From a virus, in IMG/VR virus record IMGVR_UViG_3300016471_000863: a stretch of 64,000 nt of DNA; one strand, written 5' to 3'. Below the pieces are notes generated by a model that had not been told where the DNA came from, did no database searches, and saw only the letters and a list, made by a program, of their open reading frames with translations. The translations under genes and the position numbers were made by a program. Shown one piece after another: positions 27,700-36,382 of this stretch; position 1 is the first letter of the stretch, and each line of letters starts with the position of its first letter.

Positions 27700-28281
27700 T
27701 CAAGGATTCAATAACATACCGCCCCGACAAATAACCCACGCATCGGACATATCTTCCCCTACTTTATCATATATCATTTGCCCTTTAAACTGTCCACTCT
27801 TTGCTTCGCGGATTATCCATGGAAAATTGGGATTTAAAGTTCTTACAATAAGAAATACCTTATCCTTTGTGGATGAAGTTTTATCTTTATAATCTATCTT
27901 AATGTTAAGTTTAGAGCGTGCAGAGCGAACATTAACCATAATAGGTTTAACGCCAAATAACTGATAAACCATATAAGAGAGAATACCGTTGAAACGTCCT
28001 AATGTCATTATTGTGTCAGCAGAAGAAAACCCTGGTGTAAACTTTTTGGCGGCTTCCTCAATGTATATGCGACGAACTTTCCAAGATGGTTCTACCCAAT
28101 CTGAAAGGAAGTTGTCTGCCTTCTCATATTCATCTTTAAACTTAACAAGCTTCTTATGAGTAAGCTTTACAAGCTCCCCAGTTTTACTATCTAACACACA
28201 TATGCCAACTACAGATGTGGAAATATCAAACGCCAAGTCTACTAAACGCTTATTTTCTAATGTTTTCTCTTCTTTTTCCAT
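27700..28281 (-). CDS. RuvC-like Holliday junction resolvase
   Basis: AFDISTSVVG, IYIEE, FNG and DMSDA acidic motifs. GGAGG RBS before ATG 28281. Confidence 0.8.
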   Translation of the reverse strand: MEKEEKTLENKRLVDLAFDISTSVVGICVLDSKTGELVKLTHKKLVKFKDEYEKADNFLSDWVEPSWKVRRIYIEEAAKKFTPGFSSADTIMTLGRFNGILSYMVYQLFGVKPIMVNVRSARSKLNIKIDYKDKTSSTKDKVFLIVRTLNPNFPWIIREAKSGQFKGQMIYDKVGEDMSDAWVICRGGMLLNP

Positions 28282-28326
28282 GTAAAACCTCCCCTGATGT
28301 ATATTTATATTTAAGGAGCTAAATGT

Positions 28327-29157
28327 ATGAAATTTATATACGATGGGCACTCACTTAAATCTGGTATATATAAAATAACTAACATTCTAAACAATAGAGT
28401 TTATATAGGATCTGCAAGAGAATTTAAAGAAAGATGGAAAAATCATCAGCGATCACTCATAAACAACAAGCATCAAAATAAATATCTGCAAAATGATTTC
28501 AACAAATATTATCTTCTTAACGGAAATCATGACTTTTTAGTTTTTGAAATATTAGAACTATTGGATGGAGATAAACGCCAAAGAACACTAAAAGAACAAT
28601 ATTATGTTGACAAATACTACGATAAACAAAAAGAATGCTATAATATTAAAAAAGAAGTATTAATGTCGGATGCTTTTTATAAACACAATAATGAAACAAA
28701 GAAAATTTTATCAGAGTTGGCAAAGAAAAGAACCGGCGATAAAAACTCAAATTATGGCAATAAATGGACCGAAGGCATGAAAGAGATGCAACGAAAAAAA
28801 GTTGCAGAACGTTGTTCAAATCCGGATTATATAAAAAAGATTTCCATGGCTCAAAAGAATAGAAAAATAAGCTTAGAAGAAAAAAATGCTGCAAATGAAA
28901 AAAGAAAAATATCAAATAAAAAAGCTTATCACGATAATCCCGAAACAAAACAAAAAGTGTTAGCTGCTCTTGAGAAAGCTCTTGCAGCTAAAAGAAAAGA
29001 AGTAGAGCAATATAAGGATGGAATATTAATGAAAACGTATTCTTCAATACAATCTGCTTCAATTGCAGTTCAAATAAGTGCATGTTCAATAAGCGATTGC
29101 TGTAGAGGAAAACAAAAAACCGCAGCAGGATACGTTTGGAAATATAAATCTATCTAA
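28327..29157 (+). CDS. GIY-YIG homing endonuclease with NUMOD-type DNA-binding domains
   Basis: SGIYKITN...VYIGSA...RW..H, KEQYY and YNI. C-terminal ISDCCRGKQKTAAGYVWKY is NUMOD1-like. Inverted relative to its neighbours. Confidence 0.92.
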   Translation: MKFIYDGHSLKSGIYKITNILNNRVYIGSAREFKERWKNHQRSLINNKHQNKYLQNDFNKYYLLNGNHDFLVFEILELLDGDKRQRTLKEQYYVDKYYDKQKECYNIKKEVLMSDAFYKHNNETKKILSELAKKRTGDKNSNYGNKWTEGMKEMQRKKVAERCSNPDYIKKISMAQKNRKISLEEKNAANEKRKISNKKAYHDNPETKQKVLAALEKALAAKRKEVEQYKDGILMKTYSSIQSASIAVQISACSISDCCRGKQKTAAGYVWKYKSI

Positions 29158-29165
29158 GAAATCAA

Positions 29166-29648
29166 CTATTCTTTCGTTTTTCTCTTCTTTTTTTGTTTCT
29201 TCTGTTCCTCCAGAAGAAGAAACCGGCGACGAATCGGAAATATTATTGCTTCCGTCCACATCTCGTAAATTGTTGGATTTCCTTCTTGAGTTAACTTTTT
29301 TGACCATTCTGTTGCTGCTTCTGCTTTCTTTACTACAATGTTATTATTGAGCGCACTTTTCCTTTTGACTTCAATTATTTTTGTGGTCCCATCAGTATAA
29401 TTTACAATAAAATCAGGAATATAATTTCTAATTTTTTTACTCCGTATATTTGAAATATAAGGTATTTTTAAAGACTCGTATTCATACGAAATAACATCTA
29501 TTTGTTCATCGAGAAATTTACAAACATAATATTCCCAAGAAGAACGGTAACGAATTTCATTTTGACATTTCGTAGATTTGTAAATTCCAGTTTTATATCT
29601 AGATTTTCTTTTTCTTTTTTTTCTTTTTTTTTGCTGTGTTGCCGTCAC
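29166..29648 (-). CDS. Head-completion nuclease (T4 gp4 / TnsA-like)
   Basis: YRSSWE, YEYESLKIPY, YIPDF and IIEVK PD-(D/E)xK motifs. Confidence 0.82.
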   Translation of the reverse strand: MTATQQKKRKKRKRKSRYKTGIYKSTKCQNEIRYRSSWEYYVCKFLDEQIDVISYEYESLKIPYISNIRSKKIRNYIPDFIVNYTDGTTKIIEVKRKSALNNNIVVKKAEAATEWSKKLTQEGNPTIYEMWTEAIIFPIRRRFLLLEEQKKQKKKRKTKE

Positions 29649-29701
29649 GGGTGGAACCCTACCCTAATAAGAAGAACACATATAATATCTTCTAGGCATT
29701 T

Positions 29702-32038
29702 TTAAAAATCCATCTTGTATTTAAAAAGATATTTGTCTGCACTGTATTTTACAATTGGTTGTGCTATATTTGTTCTAGCAATTACATTTAAATTATCGTC
29801 ATGAATTAATAAACTTGTAATATACACATATCTCGTATCTGTATTGTTTGCATTTGTATCGATACTTTGAGTCGTATAAGATGTATTTGAGGAAGAGATT
29901 AATTGTAGACTTCTAGCGAATGCATTAATTGTTAATACATGAATATCTTGAACGCCTTGAAAATTTATTTCAAATTGTTCGCTACCAAAAAAAGTTAGTT
30001 GTGGACTTTTTATTATGGCAATTCCTTCATTGTAGAATATATTTCCTACACTTGCCCATGTTGGATGTGCGCCAATAGCATTTGCTCTATAAAGATTTCC
30101 TATGCCATCATCTTTTAGAGTTATTTTTTGTGTTCCGTTCGATCCTGATATTCCGGTATCTGTTATAGTAAAACTACCTGGTTTAATTTGCTTTCCATAG
30201 AATAAATTACTTATATCAAAAATTGCTATTTGGTTAGAGGAATTGTCTTTTGTTCGTCTTACTATCGCTAAACTACTACTAGAAAAATTCTGTGCAGCAT
30301 AAGATCCTGGATTGGGTCCAACTAATTGTTCGAAAAATGAACCAGATTCATATGGGAAATATTTTGTCGATTCTGGCTCTGGTACAAGATTTTTTAAAGT
30401 AATGTATCCAGGAGCATATGAACCAGCATCTGTTACAAATTGAGATCTTGAAAGCGATGTTAAGAAACTATAATTTGGAAAAGTTTTACCATTGTCAGAT
30501 GGTAATATTGTAAACAATCTTTTTCTGTTTGATCCTGTATTATATAATATTGTATTTGCAGATTCTGGTGTTTGAAAATTATCATTTATAAGAGAGCAAG
30601 TCAAAGACCACAATCTTGGATAGTTGCCTGTAGCAAAATCTCTCACATAATTTTCTAAATTCATGTATAAACCACCAACAGAAAATGCCATGTCAACGGA
30701 AAAAGGATGCCTAGAAGCGCCATCTTGACTCTGGAATGGTGTTATAGGTATTCCTCCATCTCCAAGATAATATTTTCTATATGGAGATTCTTCTGTGAAG
30801 AAAGGAGGTAAATAAAACAATAAGTTGGAAGTATCCGTAGTTGGTGCAGAAACGTTTAATTGTTGAATCTCATTTGAAAACAAATAACGATCATAAATTT
30901 TAAATTCTTGCACCTCTGCATTTAATGGATGAGTAAAACCAAAAGTACCAGATGGAGGATAAAAAACACCTGGATCACTGCTGGTAGTAATTGTAATTAA
31001 TCCTTCTCTTGCAGCTACTTCTTGTGTAAAGAAAAAATCTGTTGAACTGTATCCGTAGTTACCGCCTTCGTAATAATTTCCAATACACAATACAGAAGGA
31101 TTGCCGTTTAAATAATCACCAAAAATTAACGAATTTGTAATTGTAAATTGTGAATTTTCAACAGAATTAATTAAAAATGAACCTGTGCCATTATTGTATA
31201 ATGCACCACCCCATCGAACACTAACATGACTCCATTCGTCTCTTTTTATAGCATTATCAGAAGAAGAAAATATATATTGACTAGAAGTTATTAACGATGG
31301 AGGAATATTCGCTGAGTCAGTTAATTGTAAAACTAGTTTAAATGCATCTGGATATCCGTTAACATCTTTTGAAGAACCACTATGCAAAGATAGGCAGTAG
31401 GAGCCAGTTAAATGAGCAATAGCTCCTGCTTTGTAGTCATATGAAGTATATTTGGGCTTAATCCAAAAATCAAATGAAAAAGAACCGGAAAATCCATATA
31501 TAGATAAATCATCTGGATTAGTACCTGTTCTGCTAGGATTTGCATATAATAAAACAGAGTCAGAAGGTACATTACTTGCAGTATAAAAATTTAAACAATG
31601 ATAATTTGATATCGCAAATTGTGCATTAGGATATGTTATCCTATAATATGGCATTAAAATTTCTGTTGTTATTTTTTTTCTTAATGTGTTAGAATTAAAA
31701 ACAAACGGCGGTTCAAATCTGTAAATGTCTAATTTCTGTTCTTTTCTAACAGAAGATTGTTGTGCTGTTACAGCAGACAAATACCCGGAAATAGAATCTT
31801 TTACATTGCTAGATGTATTTGATAATACTAATTTTCTTAAATTTTCTAAATTATCATCATTATATTCGCTCTTCTTAAAAAGAGATAACGGAAAAATTTC
31901 TTTTTCATAAGATGAACGCCGAGCAAATAGGTTAACAGAACCAGTAATACCACTAGCTGAACTTACATACGTTCTATACGGATTTGTCTCTAATGTAAAA
32001 CTCTCAATATCATCTGGACTTATTTTCTGAATCGACAT
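29702..32038 (-). CDS. Virion structural protein with LamG-like domain
   Basis: SFDFWIKP and WSHVSVRW (LamG-like). DDGIGNL, VGNIFYNEG and a C-terminal HDDNLNVIA...KMDF. Confidence 0.7.
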   Translation of the reverse strand: MSIQKISPDDIESFTLETNPYRTYVSSASGITGSVNLFARRSSYEKEIFPLSLFKKSEYNDDNLENLRKLVLSNTSSNVKDSISGYLSAVTAQQSSVRKEQKLDIYRFEPPFVFNSNTLRKKITTEILMPYYRITYPNAQFAISNYHCLNFYTASNVPSDSVLLYANPSRTGTNPDDLSIYGFSGSFSFDFWIKPKYTSYDYKAGAIAHLTGSYCLSLHSGSSKDVNGYPDAFKLVLQLTDSANIPPSLITSSQYIFSSSDNAIKRDEWSHVSVRWGGALYNNGTGSFLINSVENSQFTITNSLIFGDYLNGNPSVLCIGNYYEGGNYGYSSTDFFFTQEVAAREGLITITTSSDPGVFYPPSGTFGFTHPLNAEVQEFKIYDRYLFSNEIQQLNVSAPTTDTSNLLFYLPPFFTEESPYRKYYLGDGGIPITPFQSQDGASRHPFSVDMAFSVGGLYMNLENYVRDFATGNYPRLWSLTCSLINDNFQTPESANTILYNTGSNRKRLFTILPSDNGKTFPNYSFLTSLSRSQFVTDAGSYAPGYITLKNLVPEPESTKYFPYESGSFFEQLVGPNPGSYAAQNFSSSSLAIVRRTKDNSSNQIAIFDISNLFYGKQIKPGSFTITDTGISGSNGTQKITLKDDGIGNLYRANAIGAHPTWASVGNIFYNEGIAIIKSPQLTFFGSEQFEINFQGVQDIHVLTINAFARSLQLISSSNTSYTTQSIDTNANNTDTRYVYITSLLIHDDNLNVIARTNIAQPIVKYSADKYLFKYKMDF

Positions 32039-32051
32039 ATTACGTGTATAT

Positions 32052-32058
32052 TAAGTAT
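32052..32058 (-). promoter_or_regulatory. Putative late promoter core ATACTTA
   Basis: Lies in the 24-nt spacer before the 32038 structural gene. Confidence 0.45.
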
Positions 32059-32062
32059 TACA

Positions 32063-32386
32063 CTATTTTTTTTCAAATTCTAAAATCTTTTTTTGAAAAT
32101 CTGGATTGTCCACTAATAGTGCATGAAGCCGAGGAGCTAATGCTTTTGTAACTTGATCCGTATTAATCTCATCAATTCCGGTATTGTCTAATAATCCATG
32201 CAAGATCTCATGAATTAATGTCTCATTTTGAAATGTTGTTTCCAAATCCGCTCTTATATAAATTTGTGATGTCGGATATTCAATATATCCATATGCTTCT
32301 TCATGTTCTTTAAACACAGAATTTTCTTCTGCATCTTGTTCATGAATTGTATATGTGCGAGCCCCTATTTTTATTTGCTTTATCAT
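32063..32386 (-). CDS. Small HExxH zincin-like protein
   Basis: YGYI...QIYI...ETLIHEILHG. Confidence 0.75.
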   Translation of the reverse strand: MIKQIKIGARTYTIHEQDAEENSVFKEHEEAYGYIEYPTSQIYIRADLETTFQNETLIHEILHGLLDNTGIDEINTDQVTKALAPRLHALLVDNPDFQKKILEFEKK

Positions 32387-32399
32387 ATTACGATACTTT

Positions 32400-32585
32400 T
32401 AATATGTTTTGTACTGATTAATATTGATTAAATCTAATATTACATGTGATATATTATTATTTTTACAAAATTCATAAGAATTTTTTATCTTCTCTAAGAG
32501 ATACAACAGAACAATATTTTCGATCTGGTTTCCTATTTTTAGGACCAGATTTGCAAGTTATATACACATAATCATATTTTTTCAT
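32400..32585 (-). pseudogene. Deleted endonuclease gene remnant
   Basis: A 37-aa ORF (32472-32585) carries RKYCS. An overlapping frame reads LEKIKNSYEFCKNNNISHVIL. TGTTATAAT directly precedes the ATG. Confidence 0.35.
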
Positions 32586-32644
32586 ATTATAACATCTTGT
32601 CTAATGATTTAATATAGAACAAGAGATATAACATTTAGACTATT

Positions 32645-33859
32645 TTATATATTTCTGTTTTTTTGCAGTATATTTGCCGCTTTTTTCTTAGAAAAATCAA
32701 GTCGAACTTTGAAAGTTAAATCGCGTTCATCATCTTTTAGAACCGGACGACTTACTTTTGCTACTGCCAGAAGATTGTCATTTGCGTCATATAATCCTAT
32801 ACTGCTTACAAAAGTAAATGTTCTTTGAACTTCTTCTTGACCTTCATCGATTACAGTTATTCTATTATTAGCATCGGTGAATGTTGGATTTGACGAATAA
32901 TTGAATTCATCTGCTGCTGCCCGACAGAAGAATAGAGTACTATTGATATTTGTTATATTCTGGAAAGTTATTGAAGTCTCATTAGAGCGAGTAAATCTTG
33001 TTGAACATACATGGTCTAAGAAATCATCAATTGATGCTGAAGCCATTAAGCTTTTGAAGGATCCGGTAAAGTTTGCTTGAATACCTGTTGCAAATTGAAC
33101 GCTACTGATTGCTCCGGTTAGCGGTCCACGATCATCAAAACTTTTTTGCATATCTATAACAGCGATTCCTTTATCTAGAAATAGCAATCCTAATGGATTA
33201 TTTACGTTAGCGGAATCTACTAAGGTAGAGACTTGTCCACCGGCAGCAAAAAATTTATTTGTACTGGAATTTATATCTGTAATGATTATAGACCCTGTTG
33301 AACTTATTAAGTTTAAATTTGAAGCTGGTGATGTAAAGTTTGCACCCGTAGAAGCAAATCTTAGTGCGAATGTTTCTCTTTTTACTGCATCACGCGCAAA
33401 AAGACGTTTAAAGCAAAAGAAAAGTGCTTCTTTTATTTCGAATCCGGTAGAACCTGAAACTTGCGTTGTAAATTTCGAAGTAGAATCACCTAGAAGGTTT
33501 TGAGCAAAAAGACGATATATGTCCATCTTTTCTCTCATCATTAGATAATTTGATCCAAAGATATATTTTCCATTTGAATCAATTGTTGGATTTGCTCCAG
33601 TGACAACACCCGAATCTTTATGTAGTCCAAATGTAACATCGAATACTGCATTTGCCGTTTGCAGAGTAAAATCTTGATCGAATATTGTTTGGAATAAAGA
33701 GGAGGTGACCCCTGGACCCAATCCGCCGGTAACGAAAACTTGATATTGTCTTCTAGTAGCTGAACTGGAGATATCTGATCCTAGTATATCGACTAATTGA
33801 TTTAGATATGAGCGATTACTTTTAACATCATCGGCGCTGAACTCTTTAAATATTGCCAC
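32645..33859 (-). CDS. Virion structural protein
   Basis: FNYSSNPTF...IGLYDANDNLLAVAKVSRP...KVRLDF. The C-terminus is paralogous to that of 29702-32038. Confidence 0.75.
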   Translation of the reverse strand: MAIFKEFSADDVKSNRSYLNQLVDILGSDISSSATRRQYQVFVTGGLGPGVTSSLFQTIFDQDFTLQTANAVFDVTFGLHKDSGVVTGANPTIDSNGKYIFGSNYLMMREKMDIYRLFAQNLLGDSTSKFTTQVSGSTGFEIKEALFFCFKRLFARDAVKRETFALRFASTGANFTSPASNLNLISSTGSIIITDINSSTNKFFAAGGQVSTLVDSANVNNPLGLLFLDKGIAVIDMQKSFDDRGPLTGAISSVQFATGIQANFTGSFKSLMASASIDDFLDHVCSTRFTRSNETSITFQNITNINSTLFFCRAAADEFNYSSNPTFTDANNRITVIDEGQEEVQRTFTFVSSIGLYDANDNLLAVAKVSRPVLKDDERDLTFKVRLDFSKKKAANILQKNRNI

Positions 33860-33883
33860 GGTTTACCTATTTTCTTTATAGTC

Positions 33884-33890
33884 TAAATAT
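33884..33890 (-). promoter_or_regulatory. Putative late promoter core ATATTTA
   Basis: Lies in the short spacer before the 33859 structural gene. Confidence 0.45.
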
Positions 33891-33906
33891 TATTTCAGTA
33901 ATGTTT

Positions 33907-34620
33907 TCAAATTGTTTTATTAATTTGAGTTTGGAATTCCAATACGGCACCGGATTGGACGCCGGAAACTTTTACATAAGTTGTTATTAAATTTTTATTG
34001 AATGCTGCGCCATAAACTTGGAACTGACTTTCAGTAATAGACTTTGTAGCAATAGTGATAGTAAGCTTTGATCCACCAAGAGATGTTTCTCCGGCATCAC
34101 GAGCAATAATGTAGGTTGCTTTTTGTTGACCATCGATATTATCTGGTGCAGTTCCAATTACTTGCAAGAATTGATTATTCATCTCAACAATAAATGATTG
34201 ATCTCGTAATTCAACATCGATACTTGTTTCATTTAATATATCTTGTGAAACTGTAATTGTACGTCGTTTTTGAGTTGTATTTCCAATAGAAAGAATGTTG
34301 TTTGTCAAATCCACTCCTTCGCCCGTGAAAGTAATATTTGGTAAACGAATAAGGTTTGGATTTGATATAGAAATGCAGCGATATTTTTGTGCTAGTGAAC
34401 CATTTGTGAGGGCTTCAAAAATTGGGGTATTTTTTTCAATTTTTTCTTTACCTACAGTTCTTCCATATTTTTGGATAATCGAATAATCAACTTCATCATC
34501 CCCAAGGGCAAATTTTACTACACTAAAACTGCCGTCGTTTCGGGAAAGAAACTGTCTACCTTGATCTGTTAGAACTGCATCTAAAATAATGTTATTGGTA
34601 TCGCCTTGTAAAAATCCCAC
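33907..34620 (-). CDS. Virion structural protein
   Basis: MGFL...ILDAVLTDQGRQFL...KFALGDDEVDY N-terminus, which I recognise as typical of large-phage structural genes. Confidence 0.7.
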   Translation of the reverse strand: MGFLQGDTNNIILDAVLTDQGRQFLSRNDGSFSVVKFALGDDEVDYSIIQKYGRTVGKEKIEKNTPIFEALTNGSLAQKYRCISISNPNLIRLPNITFTGEGVDLTNNILSIGNTTQKRRTITVSQDILNETSIDVELRDQSFIVEMNNQFLQVIGTAPDNIDGQQKATYIIARDAGETSLGGSKLTITIATKSITESQFQVYGAAFNKNLITTYVKVSGVQSGAVLEFQTQINKTI

Positions 34621-34725
34621 TGTTCGTTATCCTTTGTAATAATCCTGTTGTATAATTATGGTACAACATTCTATTTCATTAAGTATGAAGAATTTTTAAT
34701 TTTGAACATTTTGTATAGGTATATA

Positions 34726-36378
34726 GTGAAAAAAATAAGTTATGAAAAAGCAGCAGAACGTTTTCAAATACAGGGAAGAGGCGATATCATTTTATGTGAA
34801 GATGGTTACAATGGCTGGAAAGAGAAATCTAAATTTTGGGATAAAATTATTAAAGATTGGTTTTGGGCTATACCAAAAAATGTTTATGTTCAAAAATCAT
34901 GCCATCCTGAAAGATCTATAGAAAATAGAAAAAATACTAATATAGAAAAATATGGAAACAATTGCTCATTGCACGGTGATACGGATGGAGCGATAAAAAT
35001 TCAGGAAAAAGTTAAAAAAACATTAGTAGAAAAATATGGTGTAGATAATCCATTTAAATCAGAAGAAATAAAGGAAAAGATATCTAACAAATTGAGAGAA
35101 AAATATGGAGTTGAACATATCTCACAATTAGATGAAATAAAAAACAAAAAAAGAGAAACTGCTTTTAGGAATTACGGTGTTTCGCATCACATGCAAGCAT
35201 CGGAAGTAAAAGAAAAATTTAAAAATACTAGTATGGAAAAATATAATGTTGAACATCCTAGTAAAAATGAAACGATAAAAAATCGTAAAAAAAATACATT
35301 TTTAGAAAAATATAAAGTTGAGCATCCATTTGCTTTATCTGGTGTTGTTGAAAAAAAAAATCAAACCATGATTGAGAAATATGGCACTACCAATTCTTGG
35401 TTAAAACCTACTAAAATTATTATTGAAACAAATACATCAATTAAAGATTGGTATCAATGTCAAGAGGGTATTAAGCCTTCTTATGGATGGATTCTAAAGC
35501 ATTTTAAAGGGGAAAATGAAATTAGAAAAGGGCAATTAGAGCAGATACTTTTACAATTTAATGAAAAAAAGACATCATTGGAAATTTATTCTGAAGGTAT
35601 TTTTAATTCTAAACATTATAATAAGCGAGTCGAGGCGCTAGCAAAAGCGTATAAACCAGATTTTAAACTCTCTGAAAATATATTTGTAAATGTAGATGGA
35701 CTCTATTGGCATTCGGATTTACAGAAAGAAAAAGACTATCATTTTCAGCTTAGAAAAGATTTTGAAGAACTTAATTTAAGGATTTTTCAATTCAGAGAAG
35801 ATGAAATAAGAAATAAAACTTCAATTGTTTCTTCTATCATTGATAATGCTCTTGGAAAGACGATGTATAAACTACATGCAAGAAAGTGTGAATTGTGTAT
35901 TGTCACAGCGGAAGATGCTAATATTTTCTTAGAGAAAAATCATTTAATGGGTGCAACAAATGCAAAACATTTAGGATTAAAGCATGATGGCAAGCTTGTT
36001 TCGATATGTTCCTATAAGCAAAAGGGAAATGTTTGCAAAATAGAAAGATTTTGTTCGCAAATATCGACAAATGTAGTTGGTGGATTTTCTAAATTACTAA
36101 AATATCTTGAAGATAATTTCCTATATTCAAATGTAAGCGAAATACACAACTGGGTAGACTTGCGCTACGGTACAGGCAAACATTTAGAAGAAAAAGGTTT
36201 TAGAGCCATTAGAGACACGCTAGGATGGAAATGGACAGATTATATGCAAACCTATAATCGTCTTCGCTGTAGAGCTAATATGGACAATAGAAAATTATCA
36301 GAAAAAGAATATTCTGAAGAATTAGGTTGGGAACGAATTTATGATGCTGGTCAAAGACTTTACATAAAATCTTTATAA
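34726..36378 (+). CDS. Free-standing homing-endonuclease-like protein (EKYG repeats, PD-(D/E)xK/Vsr-like nuclease, Hef-like C-terminus)
   Basis: Seven EKYG-type repeats, PDF...VDGLYWHS nuclease motif, and ARKC...FLEKNHL.G...RFC...GGFSKL...IYDAG. GTG start at 34726 preferred. Inverted inside the structural operon. Confidence 0.78.
   Translation: MKKISYEKAAERFQIQGRGDIILCEDGYNGWKEKSKFWDKIIKDWFWAIPKNVYVQKSCHPERSIENRKNTNIEKYGNNCSLHGDTDGAIKIQEKVKKTLVEKYGVDNPFKSEEIKEKISNKLREKYGVEHISQLDEIKNKKRETAFRNYGVSHHMQASEVKEKFKNTSMEKYNVEHPSKNETIKNRKKNTFLEKYKVEHPFALSGVVEKKNQTMIEKYGTTNSWLKPTKIIIETNTSIKDWYQCQEGIKPSYGWILKHFKGENEIRKGQLEQILLQFNEKKTSLEIYSEGIFNSKHYNKRVEALAKAYKPDFKLSENIFVNVDGLYWHSDLQKEKDYHFQLRKDFEELNLRIFQFREDEIRNKTSIVSSIIDNALGKTMYKLHARKCELCIVTAEDANIFLEKNHLMGATNAKHLGLKHDGKLVSICSYKQKGNVCKIERFCSQISTNVVGGFSKLLKYLEDNFLYSNVSEIHNWVDLRYGTGKHLEEKGFRAIRDTLGWKWTDYMQTYNRLRCRANMDNRKLSEKEYSEELGWERIYDAGQRLYIKSL
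34936..35400 (+). repeat. Tandem 69-nt (23-aa) degenerate coding repeats
   Basis: Repeat units start at 35029, 35098, 35167, 35236, 35305 and 35374 (exact 69-nt period), plus one at 34945. Confidence 0.85.
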
Positions 36379-36382
36379 GATT

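Noticed and set aside
27073-29157. Methyltransferase plus nearby nucleases as a restriction-modification system
   Set aside because: The neighbours are a RuvC-like resolvase and a homing-type GIY-YIG nuclease. An orphan protective methyltransferase is the simpler reading.
29649-29664. GC-rich GGGT...ACCC inverted repeat just before the gp4-like GTG start
   Set aside because: The stem is short and imperfect with no U tract, so it is too weak to call a regulatory hairpin.
20960-34725. Longer N-termini given by the ORF track for 22093, 28350 and 34648 (also 5390, 11740 and 50426)
   Set aside because: They overlap neighbouring genes or terminators, or lack an RBS. Downstream starts fit the RBS and domain boundaries better.
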